Shown here: positions 39,585-49,077 of the stretch, piece by piece | Layout: every line of letters begins with the position of its first letter | Numbering within the stretch: position 1 is the stretch's first letter | Origin: a virus | Taxonomy: Duplodnaviria > Caudoviricetes | DNA: 64,000 bases | Virus record (IMG/VR): IMGVR_UViG_2706795740_000001 | Location: 32,001 to 96,000 of that record | Strand: one strand, 5' to 3' | Program-made: the position numbers and the translations under genes | Notes under the pieces: model-generated | Told to the model about the DNA's origin: nothing | The model's input: only the letters and a program-made list of their open reading frames with translations | Database searches by the model: none

Positions 39585-40370
39585 TTACCATCCTTTTTTA
39601 GCAACTAAAACTTCTCCAATGAACCTTCTTATATCAGAATCAAATTTGTCGTCATAGTTGTTTACTAGAACGTAATCGACTTCATAAGTCCCTGCGTTAC
39701 GCTCCGTCTCGTCCTTAAGCAGTTTCTCGTTCAGGTCAGCATATCCATCCAGTTCCGCAATCTTAGCAAGTCGCTTTTCTTCGTCAGGTGAAATACCTAC
39801 AATGGTAGCCCCTAGATTCCGAAAGAATGAATACTCATTAGGTTGGCGAAGGTCTTGGCAGATGAACTTTTCTGTTCTGCCCTTCAGAAACGATTCGATA
39901 TTTCTACGTAACCACGTTTTTATCCAAATATTTGGGTCTTTCTCACGTAGGCCCTGCCCGACCATGATAAGCAATTCGCGATTCTTGCCTTTTACGCCAC
40001 CTGAGATTGCTCTGGCGATCTCGTAAATCGGTTCAGCAAGTGGCCGGATAATACTTGAGGTCAGAAACTGCATGCGAATAACGTCAGCAATATGGTCTTT
40101 TCCTGACCTCGCTTTAGCTGTGATTGCTACTGTGCCTTTTGCTAATGCGTTACGGACAGCAATCATAGTACCTACGACAAGTTGCTCATCCTCAGGTATC
40201 TCAGATAAGTCCACTGATAACATGGGCGCTGTTTGTTGGTACTCGCCTACCTGCAAAGTGGTCAAGTTGTACCCTACATGGGTCGGATACTTGTTGTTAT
40301 TTGTAATCTGAGAGAATACGTAGATGTGCTCACCTTTGCCATTACGGACGATATAGCCTGACTTTTTCAT
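39585..40370 (-). CDS. Deoxynucleoside monophosphate kinase-like P-loop protein
   Basis: TAKARSGKD, GQGLR, DLRQPNE, ETE motifs. Confidence 0.75.
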   Translation of the reverse strand: MKKSGYIVRNGKGEHIYVFSQITNNNKYPTHVGYNLTTLQVGEYQQTAPMLSVDLSEIPEDEQLVVGTMIAVRNALAKGTVAITAKARSGKDHIADVIRMQFLTSSIIRPLAEPIYEIARAISGGVKGKNRELLIMVGQGLREKDPNIWIKTWLRRNIESFLKGRTEKFICQDLRQPNEYSFFRNLGATIVGISPDEEKRLAKIAELDGYADLNEKLLKDETERNAGTYEVDYVLVNNYDDKFDSDIRRFIGEVLVAKKGW

Positions 40371-40411
40371 CTTTGCCCCTTCCCTTCTATGAGTTTTTCC
40401 TTCTCACTGTT

Positions 40412-40441
40412 GATGGTCGTTGTATGGGAGTGAAGAGTTGC
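40412..40441 (-). promoter_or_regulatory. Class I phage promoter
   Basis: GCAACT-N16-CGACCATC after a terminator. Confidence 0.7.
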
Positions 40442-40469
40442 GACAAAGAAAAAAGTAGGCTTATTTAGC

Positions 40470-40793
40470 CTACTTAGCAGTTTTCATCCTTTGGTAGATA
40501 TCCTCGCACCACTCGTAATCTCGCATCCACAAAGCGATATCCATGAGTGCATAGAGTCCTATTTTATCGAGACTATTTAGTTCCCATTGGGAAGCCTTTC
40601 GGGCCATGATAGCATGTGCCCTAGAGCCTACCTTAGCTTTTATACGAACATTCTGTGGAGCTACGGTGGTCTCCCTACCATAGAGACTTACGACCACCTT
40701 ATCAGAATAAGTGCTAACTACCTTACCAATAAGACCATGGCAAGAATGCCCTTCACTATCTACTTCAATAAAATCATTTTCTTCAGGAAACAT
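40470..40793 (-). CDS. IDEAL-domain-like protein
   Basis: SH3/KOW-like N-terminus and LMDIALWMRDYEW C-terminus. Confidence 0.5.
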   Translation of the reverse strand: MFPEENDFIEVDSEGHSCHGLIGKVVSTYSDKVVVSLYGRETTVAPQNVRIKAKVGSRAHAIMARKASQWELNSLDKIGLYALMDIALWMRDYEWCEDIYQRMKTAK

Positions 40794-40805
40794 CGTATCA
40801 CTCCT

Positions 40806-41555
40806 TTAATGTCTGCTAAAGCCTTTTATCCGACCAAATCTTTCAGCCTTCTTTTCTATTTTTGTTAAGATTCGACTGATTTGTGCCTGCGATACGCCAA
40901 AATATTTGGATAAAGTAGTCTGCTTGATCCCATCACGGTGATATCTAAACCATACCCTCTTTTCCGTGTCCGTCAAGGTAGCTAGGAACTCTCTGAGGAC
41001 TAACCTATTCACAGAGTCGCCCTCAAAGGGTTCATCGTAAATAGTCTCTTCAAGGGTCACAGCCTCACTGTATCTCTCATAACAGAACATGGCCTCGCTC
41101 ATTGACCGGAATGTCGGATTATAATTAAGAACCAGCTTGGCGTTTTTAAGGCTTATATCAAACAGGGCCGCCACGGATTCAGGTGACGGGTCTTCCAGAT
41201 CTAATTGCTTTATTTTGCTGTGCAATTCCTTTACCATGCGTGGAGTCTTAACCATGTCGTTATCTCTCAAGAAACACTTAATCTCTCCAACTATCATGTG
41301 AAAAGCATACGTAGACAGCTTCACCCCGTAGTCAGGACTGAATCTCTCCTTGGCCTTTAAAAGACCAATCATGCCAATTTGGTAGAGGTCATCGTAGTTT
41401 GCTCCAGTAGTATGTTCGATAGCCCTCATTAAAGGGACATAACGGCGACATGCTTTATGGACAAGGCCTTCATTCTTGGCAATGAACTCAGATACTGTCA
41501 TATCGGTATTATTGAAAGTCAGATTCACTAGATTCACTCCTTCCATGTCTCTCAA
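40806..41555 (-). CDS. SigF/SigG-like sigma factor
   Basis: NEGLV, DDLYQIGMIGLLKA..F, STYA..I.GEI..FLRD, GVSQAQISR. Confidence 0.92.
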   Translation of the reverse strand: MRDMEGVNLVNLTFNNTDMTVSEFIAKNEGLVHKACRRYVPLMRAIEHTTGANYDDLYQIGMIGLLKAKERFSPDYGVKLSTYAFHMIVGEIKCFLRDNDMVKTPRMVKELHSKIKQLDLEDPSPESVAALFDISLKNAKLVLNYNPTFRSMSEAMFCYERYSEAVTLEETIYDEPFEGDSVNRLVLREFLATLTDTEKRVWFRYHRDGIKQTTLSKYFGVSQAQISRILTKIEKKAERFGRIKGFSRH

Positions 41556-41559
41556 GATT

Positions 41560-41589
41560 TATGGTGGAGTTATGTCTGAAGATAGTTGC
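41560..41589 (-). promoter_or_regulatory. Class I phage promoter
   Basis: GCAACT-N16-CCACCATA after a terminator. Confidence 0.75.
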
Positions 41590-41623
41590 GAAAAACAAAA
41601 AGGCGGGGCTTTGCCCCACCGGA

Positions 41624-43903
41624 TTAATGACATTCCTTAATTAAACTGCCATTATCATCAAAAGAGATTGAGCAAGATCGAGTATCCGACATTAGGTCTT
41701 GCTCATCTTCTTCTATCTCTACCACTTTCTCGAATGTGTTGTGTTCAGCCCGAACAGACAATACTTGCGTGTCACGGCTACCGTCTACATATACAGTAGT
41801 TCCTTTGCAACCCAACGCATATGCAAGTTCGTACAGCTTCTTATTATCCTCTACTGTAAATGTGGAGGGAGCATTAGCTGTCTTGGATAGAGAGCTGTCT
41901 ACCCATTTTTGAATTACTGCTTGAACATGAATATGGGCTTCAGGGGAGATGTCTTGCGCAGATACAAAGTAATCAGGAAGCGCAGTAGCTTCTGGGTGAA
42001 CGTCAAAAAACTCCTGAGCAAGAGGCACACGAACCTCTATGAACTCTCCTAACCTGCCACTGCGATAGAACACAAAAGCAAAGAAAGGCTCTAAGCCCTG
42101 TGCTACCCCAGCCATAGTACCAGTAGAGCCTGTAGGAGCAACCGTCAGTGAGCAGACGTTACGTATTCCCTTCTTACGAATTGCTACCTCTACTTCAGGA
42201 TGGGAGGCAATCAATCGTCGCATGAAACCTGAAGACAAGTACCCTTCTACTTCAAATAGTGGGAACGAACCCTTTTCTTCAGCAATATTAGCAGATGCCA
42301 AATAAGACTCCACTGCCATAAACTCGGCCAACTCTTCAATTATCACCAAGGATTCCTTACTACCGTAGGGGATTTTTAACTTGATGAGCAGGTCGGCAAG
42401 GCCCATCCATCCCTTTCCAATACGTCTTTCCCCTTTAGCCATTTTCTCGTTCTCTTCTAAGAAATAGAAGCTGTGGTCGATGATATTATCGCCAAAACGT
42501 TGAGAAACATGAAGGATTTCACGATATAGCTCCCAATCAATGCCTTGTGTTTCTTCGTTATATATCTTCTCCAAGTTTACCGCATTCAGGTTACATACAG
42601 CGAATCCCGGTAGACCTTGTTCTCCGCATGGGTTTGTAACCACAGTTGGGGCATAGTACGAACAATTTGCTTCCTTAGTGTAGTGGTCAATAAAAATAAT
42701 GCCCGGCTCTGCTGAATATCGGGCGGCAGTGTTGATAAAGTCCCACATATCCTGTGCAGGGATGGTAGTATAGATTTTAACAGGAAGACCTTCAGCTTCC
42801 CACTTACGTACATCGCCCATCAAGTGCCAATTTTCATCATAGAAAGTCTTCTGTTCAGGAGTAAGAGCGTCAATGTCAGGGAAGCGTAATTCCCAATCTA
42901 GTCCCTTTTCTACCCTGTCCATAAAGTCGTCCGAAATAAGCACAGAAATATTTGCCCCTGTCATGAAGTTAACGTCTTTGACTCCCACGGGCTTACCTGC
43001 TTCATCGCGTAAAAGATACTTCTCAGCAAGTTCACGAATAATAGGATGCTTTGTTTCTTTTGATATCTTATCAAGTAGATATGGGTTCTGAATCTTACAC
43101 AAAATGAACTCTAGTACATCTGGATGCCAGTCGGCCAACCCTATCATCTGCGCTCCCCGCCTCGTACCGCCTTGGATAATGAGGTGGGTTAATTGAGAGA
43201 GGTAGTTAGCCCAAGAGATAGAGCCGGACGAGAACCCGTTGACCCCGTGTACAGTTGCCTTTGTGGGGCGAAGAGTAGAGATGTTTGAGCCTACGCCGCC
43301 CCCACGAGACATGGTTTCTGTAGCAAGCCCAATATGTTCAATAATCCCACCACGACTGTCCTTAATAAAAGGGAGCACAAAGCAATTAAAGAGTGTTACA
43401 TCTACCCCACTGCCTGCACCATAAAGGATGCGGCCGCCCGGAATATTGTACATATTAGCAAGCAACCAGTAGAATTTCTCGAACCAATATGCTTTTAGCC
43501 TATCCGTCTTCTCAACCGAAGCGACGCCCTTGGCTACACGATAGGCAATTTGCTCCCAGTACAACTCAAGAGGTTTGATGATATCTACTAAATCACGGAC
43601 GATTGTACCAATACCCTCAGGATATTCCACATCAACCGTGACATATGCGCCATCAACTTTTACTACCTTACCGTACCCTTGTGTGGGATACTTTGAGTGA
43701 TGTTTTACGATTACTAAAACAATATCGTCCTCTTTCAGTGTAGTGAGCAGGTTGTCTCGAAAGGAGTAACGGTCAAGCATGATTAGCTTCTGAAGGCCTT
43801 CAAATTGAGATAGCGGCCCTCTTTCTTTGTATAGCTCGGTGGGGTCTTTCACATAAGGAAAAAGCCCCTCCTCTTCGCTTCGTAGCTGTTTCAAGATTTT
43901 CAT
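41624..43903 (-). CDS. nrdJ: Class II (adenosylcobalamin-dependent) ribonucleotide reductase
   Basis: TLFNC, RRGAQM, TNPCGEQ, CNL, VAPTG; no beta subunit in window; C-terminal Cys pair. Confidence 0.85.
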   Translation of the reverse strand: MKILKQLRSEEEGLFPYVKDPTELYKERGPLSQFEGLQKLIMLDRYSFRDNLLTTLKEDDIVLVIVKHHSKYPTQGYGKVVKVDGAYVTVDVEYPEGIGTIVRDLVDIIKPLELYWEQIAYRVAKGVASVEKTDRLKAYWFEKFYWLLANMYNIPGGRILYGAGSGVDVTLFNCFVLPFIKDSRGGIIEHIGLATETMSRGGGVGSNISTLRPTKATVHGVNGFSSGSISWANYLSQLTHLIIQGGTRRGAQMIGLADWHPDVLEFILCKIQNPYLLDKISKETKHPIIRELAEKYLLRDEAGKPVGVKDVNFMTGANISVLISDDFMDRVEKGLDWELRFPDIDALTPEQKTFYDENWHLMGDVRKWEAEGLPVKIYTTIPAQDMWDFINTAARYSAEPGIIFIDHYTKEANCSYYAPTVVTNPCGEQGLPGFAVCNLNAVNLEKIYNEETQGIDWELYREILHVSQRFGDNIIDHSFYFLEENEKMAKGERRIGKGWMGLADLLIKLKIPYGSKESLVIIEELAEFMAVESYLASANIAEEKGSFPLFEVEGYLSSGFMRRLIASHPEVEVAIRKKGIRNVCSLTVAPTGSTGTMAGVAQGLEPFFAFVFYRSGRLGEFIEVRVPLAQEFFDVHPEATALPDYFVSAQDISPEAHIHVQAVIQKWVDSSLSKTANAPSTFTVEDNKKLYELAYALGCKGTTVYVDGSRDTQVLSVRAEHNTFEKVVEIEEDEQDLMSDTRSCSISFDDNGSLIKECH

Positions 43904-43970
43904 AGATTGTGCAGTCCTCCTACCAAATTTGAGTTAGGGTTTTATGGGCACGTCTTGCTAGTTTGCAGTC

Positions 43971-44213
43971 TCAGTACACATCGAGACAGGCAATACACCT
44001 GTCGATTTTGCGGCGAATTTCCTCGATATCTTCTTTCATTTTCACGTCAGCGTTGTACAGATCAAGGTAGCTTTCACGTAGCCTGTCTTGCTCATCGGTA
44101 AGGATACACTTGCCCTCTCCGTCAAGTACATTGTCTACATCAAGGCCCATGTCTGTGATAGCTTGACGAGTCTCTTTGACTGCCCCGTAGAGGTCACGGA
44201 ATTTGAATCTCAT
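43971..44213 (-). CDS. Hypothetical protein
   Basis: RBS before ATG 44213. Confidence 0.55.
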   Translation of the reverse strand: MRFKFRDLYGAVKETRQAITDMGLDVDNVLDGEGKCILTDEQDRLRESYLDLYNADVKMKEDIEEIRRKIDRCIACLDVY

Positions 44214-44563
44214 TGATATCCCCTCGTCCTTTCTATGTGACCTGATTTGTTCGTGTAGATTACCGTGAAACAATCTTGCAAGCAGGCTTTATGCCCAATC
44301 AGTAGGTTCTGCAAGCTGAGATTTGAGGTCACGTCAGCATCCATGATTCGCTCTAATACTTGCTCAAGCTGAACCTTGTTGCGACGCAATACCTCAACTG
44401 CGGCCGGGGACACATGATGCATAGTCTGTTCGATATTTCTGATAGCTTCCTCAATACGGCCCACTTCTTCGACCACTACACCTAACGTATAAACATATGT
44501 TGCCACCCTAACACTCCTTTCTAATTCTAGGTCGTCCTTAGCCAAGCCGGACACCTCCGACAC
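44210..44563 (-). CDS. Hypothetical protein
   Basis: ORF directly after promoter motif. Confidence 0.55.
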   Translation of the reverse strand: MSEVSGLAKDDLELERSVRVATYVYTLGVVVEEVGRIEEAIRNIEQTMHHVSPAAVEVLRRNKVQLEQVLERIMDADVTSNLSLQNLLIGHKACLQDCFTVIYTNKSGHIERTRGYQ

Positions 44564-44567
44564 TCTT

Positions 44568-44597
44568 TATGGTCGGTTCATGGCTGACGATAGTTGC
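44568..44597 (-). promoter_or_regulatory. Class I phage promoter
   Basis: GCAACT-N16-CGACCATA after a terminator. Confidence 0.75.
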
Positions 44598-44721
44598 TTA
44601 TGAAAAAGAGGGCTTTCGCCCTCAATCTTCTTCAAAGAAACCTACGATTATGATGGCGGCGACACAATATCCAAACGCCAGAAATAAATACCCAAACACC
44701 AGTAAAAAGCCCACAGCGCCC

Positions 44722-45312
44722 CTACTCTCTCATTTGACGTTCAATTTCGGCCTGTAATTTATCCTCAGGTGCTTCCCATCCTTCTGGCTTGATAATCTTG
44801 TTGTTACGGTCAGCATCGTAACGTGGTTTACCATCAGGAAATAGCTTTGACATGTTGGCATTCTGTACAATTTCAAACAAAGCTTGCGGTCGGACACCGA
44901 TCTCCACAAGATTGCCCAAGATAAAGTATAGAGCATCAATATTAGCATCAACTTGTGCCACTACGTCTTCAGCGTCAATCAGTTCTTGCAACTCTTCCTG
45001 AATCCACTTCACACGAGCCAACACACGCTCTTTGTCCATAAAGGTAGGCTTGTCAGCTACAGGGTGGTTAAAAGCTTTTTGAAATTCTCGAACATCATTC
45101 CAAGCCTTGTCGAGACCTGTGTTACCGATGACATAGGAGTCCTCTATGATGCATAAACTCATGGCATTGTCTACCAATTCAGCGGTAATAACCATTTCTG
45201 CCTCAGTATCGTAAGCGGCGACGCCATGTCCATTCTTGACAGCAATGGTTATGTCTGGATTTTGTTTGCATAGTTTTTCCCAATTTTCAATTAGTTTTGT
45301 GATTACGTCCAT
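44722..45312 (-). CDS. MazG-like all-alpha NTP pyrophosphatase
   Basis: VREFQKAF, EELQE, DANIDALY, NANMSK, KIIKPEGW. Confidence 0.85.
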   Translation of the reverse strand: MDVITKLIENWEKLCKQNPDITIAVKNGHGVAAYDTEAEMVITAELVDNAMSLCIIEDSYVIGNTGLDKAWNDVREFQKAFNHPVADKPTFMDKERVLARVKWIQEELQELIDAEDVVAQVDANIDALYFILGNLVEIGVRPQALFEIVQNANMSKLFPDGKPRYDADRNNKIIKPEGWEAPEDKLQAEIERQMRE

Positions 45313-45339
45313 GCTTAATTTTTCCCCCTGTTATTTGAA

Positions 45340-45822
45340 TTAATCGCAAGAACTGCTATATGAACTACTAGAATCATAAGAGCCACTGTCGTAGGAAGAG
45401 CTGTGGTGTCCATCATCATTGCAAGCATGGCTTGAGTAGCTAGAGTGACTACGACGGTTATCGTCATCGTTATGGTACGAAGTAGTATACATAGCAGATA
45501 CCGGATTAATCGGGCTTAGTGGATTTATAGAGTTCAACAAGGAGTCTTCATCATCGAGCCTACTGTTTGAAGTCGAGCCATGACTGTGAATAGTTGCTGT
45601 ACGTACGCTATTTTTCTTCTTAACGTCAAGCTTTTGGCGCATCTGTGGCTTATCTACAGACATTTTCATATCAACCACCTTCGTATTCTTTACGGCTTTT
45701 ATCCTGCGACAGATTCGTTCTTTCAGAGGCTTTATCCAGATCATGTAGATAGTGCCTAAAATCAAACCAATGACAGAACCAGTGACAACCCCAAGTAGAA
45801 TATCTGCAATTATTGACAACAT
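45340..45822 (-). CDS. Membrane-anchored protein with Ser-rich tail
   Basis: N-terminal TM; SSSYDSGSYDSSSS tail. Confidence 0.65.
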   Translation of the reverse strand: MLSIIADILLGVVTGSVIGLILGTIYMIWIKPLKERICRRIKAVKNTKVVDMKMSVDKPQMRQKLDVKKKNSVRTATIHSHGSTSNSRLDDEDSLLNSINPLSPINPVSAMYTTSYHNDDDNRRSHSSYSSHACNDDGHHSSSYDSGSYDSSSSYSSSCD

Positions 45823-46208
45823 ATTAGATCAACCTCCAAGACTCTAGTACCTGCATGACTTTCGGGTATTTAACCCACAACCAAGCGTATAGCGTTAGTA
45901 GCTTATGCTTCATTGAGCAGTGACACCTCCAAATTATTCGTCAATTCCGACTTCTGTTTTTAAGGTGCTTCTGGGTACGCTTGGCTTCCTTTATTGCGGC
46001 ACGGCGGGTAGCTCGGTTGTACTGCATGAAAGGAACAGACTTGTTCAAGTCCGTGTCATCTGGTAGGCTAACAAGATCACTCCCTTGTATCATTGCGTTG
46101 AATGTTTTGTTGATTGGTTGCATATAGCATCCTCCTTAGAATCATTTCCAGTCACTGCAAACAAGACTACAAAAATGGTTACTGTCCAGAAAAATATCCC
46201 GAAAATCA

Positions 46209-46481
46209 TTATTTGCTCTCCTTAAAGATTACCGTTCCTTCCAGAATCCCTAGCGTAGTGTCCTCTTGAAAGAAGAATGTCTCTGGTGTCTCTCCTTCAC
46301 GCATTGGACGGGTAATGTACCAAATACTATCTTTGTCTTTCCAAGTAGCATTAACGAACTTTTGGCCTTTTGGTACATCCACTGTAATAGTCCCACCGAA
46401 TGAGCGTGCGACAGGATTGCAACCTACCAGCGTCACCGACAACATAACCATTGCCGCCAGCCCAAGAACTGCTTTCTTCAT
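46209..46481 (-). CDS. Lipoprotein
   Basis: Lipobox LVGC. Confidence 0.7.
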   Translation of the reverse strand: MKKAVLGLAAMVMLSVTLVGCNPVARSFGGTITVDVPKGQKFVNATWKDKDSIWYITRPMREGETPETFFFQEDTTLGILEGTVIFKESK

Positions 46482-46483
46482 GC

Positions 46484-46560
46484 CCATCTCTCCCATATCT
46501 CATTTGCCTTACACTATCTATGGTGGAGTTATCTATTAAAATAGTTGCGAAAAATAAAAA
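46484..46560. repeat. 77-bp exact direct repeat, copy 1 (promoter, leader, RBS)
   Basis: Identical to 61991..62067; includes class I promoter 46519..46548. Confidence 0.9.
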
Positions 46561-46574
46561 AGGTAGCCTATCGG

Positions 46575-46772
46575 CTACCACATGAAATACCCACGCTCTT
46601 TTATCTTCTCCCAATTCTGCACTGATTCGATTACCTCTCGCTCTTCAGTGACGCCGTAACAGTCCGTTATGACATTGATTTTGACAAACTCCTTATCGAA
46701 CCTTTTTGTCCACTCTTCTGTGCAAGGTTCTACGCTTTTAACCTCTACGATGTAATGCTCCAAAGAATTCAT
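46575..46772 (-). CDS. Hypothetical protein
   Basis: ORF in tight operon. Confidence 0.55.
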   Translation of the reverse strand: MNSLEHYIVEVKSVEPCTEEWTKRFDKEFVKINVITDCYGVTEEREVIESVQNWEKIKERGYFMW

Positions 46773-46978
46773 TCGACTATTCTCCTTATGAACTTGATGT
46801 TATGGCTGACCCAATCAGACTTGCAGTCTTCATGTATTTGCTCTCCGTTCTCACACTCAAGAAAGTCCTCCCCGACACGGACAGACTCACCGCATTCATC
46901 GCAGTAGAAAGCAGTCTTGTAGTCGGTCGGCTCAAGCCAACGGGCGTGTAGACGGGCAAGGATAGCGTCATTATTCAT
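46769..46978 (-). CDS. Small Cys-rich protein
   Basis: CDEC...HEDC; overlaps its neighbours. Confidence 0.55.
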   Translation of the reverse strand: MNNDAILARLHARWLEPTDYKTAFYCDECGESVRVGEDFLECENGEQIHEDCKSDWVSHNIKFIRRIVE

Positions 46979-47177
46979 TGCGGGCAATAGAAGCGTTAGC
47001 CCAAAACATAGCTTGCTCAATGTTACGCAAAGCAAGGGTACGCTCCGCACTGTTTGGGCATAACCCTAAGACAATGTTGGCCAGTTTCTTGGCTTCAGCT
47101 CGGAGTTCAGTGTACTTCTCTGGTTGGCCTTCCTTTGGCGGGTGATACGTAAAGATATTGTCAACATCGTACTTCAC
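46971..47177 (-). CDS. Acb2/Tad1-like helical hairpin protein
   Basis: FTYHPP..Q..Y..LR..A..LA....CP.S.ER.LA...EQAMFWANASIAR; GGAGG RBS before GTG 47177. Confidence 0.6.
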   Translation of the reverse strand: MKYDVDNIFTYHPPKEGQPEKYTELRAEAKKLANIVLGLCPNSAERTLALRNIEQAMFWANASIARNE

Positions 47178-47199
47178 ACTAAAACCTCCATTTCTTTTA

Positions 47200-47484
47200 T
47201 TATTTAGGAAACTTGTATGCTCCAAATAAGGTCTTCCTAACAAGCACAGGCTGTCCGCCTTTAAACAGCGGGGTAACGGCTATGTTTTTTGAGATAAAGT
47301 CATCAGGAATACCTGCGCCATCCTCGCCTTTGGTATGGTACATGAGGCGATTTCCTAGCTCAGTCTTGATAGCGAACTGTTTATCATAGAGTCCCGTTAC
47401 CACCCCATAAACCCAGAAGCCTTCATTACTTATAGTTGGTTTGTAACTGACTTCAACTAGCTGGCCTACGTCTACTGTGCACAT
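47200..47484 (-). CDS. Hypothetical protein
   Basis: RBS and ORF. Confidence 0.55.
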   Translation of the reverse strand: MCTVDVGQLVEVSYKPTISNEGFWVYGVVTGLYDKQFAIKTELGNRLMYHTKGEDGAGIPDDFISKNIAVTPLFKGGQPVLVRKTLFGAYKFPK

Positions 47485-47880
47485 AAAATCACTCCCCTTA
47501 AATTTCTAGCGGGCGATAATTAAGACTCGATCCAAGTGTGCCCTCTTACCTATAGTCTCCCGGCATAATATTCAGCCCAACGCTCTGCCCAATATTCTTC
47601 TTCCTCTTCATGGCACTCTTTACACAGACAATTGAAGTTCATGAAATCGTCCTCATATGCTGTCGCACCTTTCTTAGTTACACAGATATTCAGCATACTA
47701 TCTCCCCGTTCGGGAGAGATTAAACTTTTTATCAGTGTCTAAAACATGAAGGTGTTTTACGCCGTCAACCTCAATTATCTTACCGTCCCAAGCTCCGTTT
47801 ATTACGTTGAACTCTGTCCCTACAGCGAGCTTAGATACATCAGTCCACATTATTGCTCACCAAAAGCACTAATGGCTTAT

Positions 47881-48135
47881 TCATTTTCCCGACGCCTTGT
47901 AAGGTGCAGTGAGGGCCACAAGAACAAGGGATGAACCTATCATCGGTACATAGATAGGAAACGAGAACAACAAAAACAGAAATAGGAATATTAACAAACT
48001 CGCTGTAAGGTCGGCATAATAGGCGATTATGCCCATCAGATAACAAATAGCAATTAACGGCACAGAAAACCCCAACAAGTACGCCAGCAATGCACCAATG
48101 CTTCCAAAAACAGCGCCTCCGATATAGCTGTGCAT
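47881..48135 (-). CDS. Small membrane protein
   Basis: Almost entirely hydrophobic; RBS. Confidence 0.5.
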   Translation of the reverse strand: MHSYIGGAVFGSIGALLAYLLGFSVPLIAICYLMGIIAYYADLTASLLIFLFLFLLFSFPIYVPMIGSSLVLVALTAPYKASGK

Positions 48136-48137
48136 GA

Positions 48138-48410
48138 TTATTCCTCCCCGACTACTTTTAGTTCAAAGGTACGCTCAATAATATTTGCGGCTTCTGATTG
48201 GCTCTTAATGGCATAAGTTCCTTTTGTGAGATTCATAGCCTTCACGTCAGAAGCATAAACGCCGCCACCTGAAGCACGTCCCGCATGTCGCATAGTCATG
48301 CTAAACTGAACCTTGTCCCCTACTTCAACGTCCTCAAAGAACCTTGCACGTGTTTTCTTCTTTATTCCTATTACTTCATATAAAGGACTTTTCATTATGA
48401 TGTCTCTCAC
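48138..48410 (-). CDS. Hypothetical protein
   Basis: ORF in operon. Confidence 0.55.
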   Translation of the reverse strand: MRDIIMKSPLYEVIGIKKKTRARFFEDVEVGDKVQFSMTMRHAGRASGGGVYASDVKAMNLTKGTYAIKSQSEAANIIERTFELKVVGEE

Positions 48411-48799
48411 CCTTTACCCTCCTTTAATTCATTTAGCTCTTTCTCAGCAGTCAGCATCCGGTCAACAATTGCGTAAAAGTCCCTGTCCCGTAAGATCATG
48501 AAATCATCCCCGTCACCGAACCCTACAGCATACACAGGAATTTTACCGCCTTCGTACAAAGCTTCTTCAGCAATCTTATCAAATATCGCACGATAGATTG
48601 TCCGTTGCTTGCTTGGCTTTGCCCTGTCCTTCCCCTCAAACAGAAACATATCAGAGTAAACATCGCCCTTAGCCATCCAGTGGCTACCTGAACCAGAAAC
48701 TCGACGGGCGCTCATGCCCGCCTGTTCCTTCAAGTTCTTAGCAATTCGATTCGATTGAACAACATCAATCTCTCGAAAGTTCCTACGTTTTGGAATCAT
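48407..48799 (-). CDS. Hjc-type Holliday junction resolvase (PD-(D/E)XK)
   Basis: ARRVSGSGS..KGDV...FEGK pattern. Confidence 0.65.
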   Translation of the reverse strand: MIPKRRNFREIDVVQSNRIAKNLKEQAGMSARRVSGSGSHWMAKGDVYSDMFLFEGKDRAKPSKQRTIYRAIFDKIAEEALYEGGKIPVYAVGFGDGDDFMILRDRDFYAIVDRMLTAEKELNELKEGKG

Positions 48800-49077
48800 A
48801 GTTCGCTCTTCGCCTTTAACCCTGACGCGATGGGTGATGTTTTCCTTACATACTCAGCAATTTTAAGTAGCTCTTTTCGGTCATCGTGCGGCATTATATC
48901 GAACACTACAGTTACAGGTTTAACGATAATACCTTCAGAGGTCAGTCGAGGCTTGAGAGCTGTGCCGCCCAACGACATGAGGTGAGTATTAGCATAATCT
49001 AGCAGGCGCACCACATCTTCGTGGCCACGGTCATCGTCCCACTCAACCCAAGCCACACCCTTCGGCTTATTGCTCAT
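48796..49077 (-). CDS. Hypothetical protein
   Basis: Coupled to the end of recA. Confidence 0.55.
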   Translation of the reverse strand: MSNKPKGVAWVEWDDDRGHEDVVRLLDYANTHLMSLGGTALKPRLTSEGIIVKPVTVVFDIMPHDDRKELLKIAEYVRKTSPIASGLKAKSEL

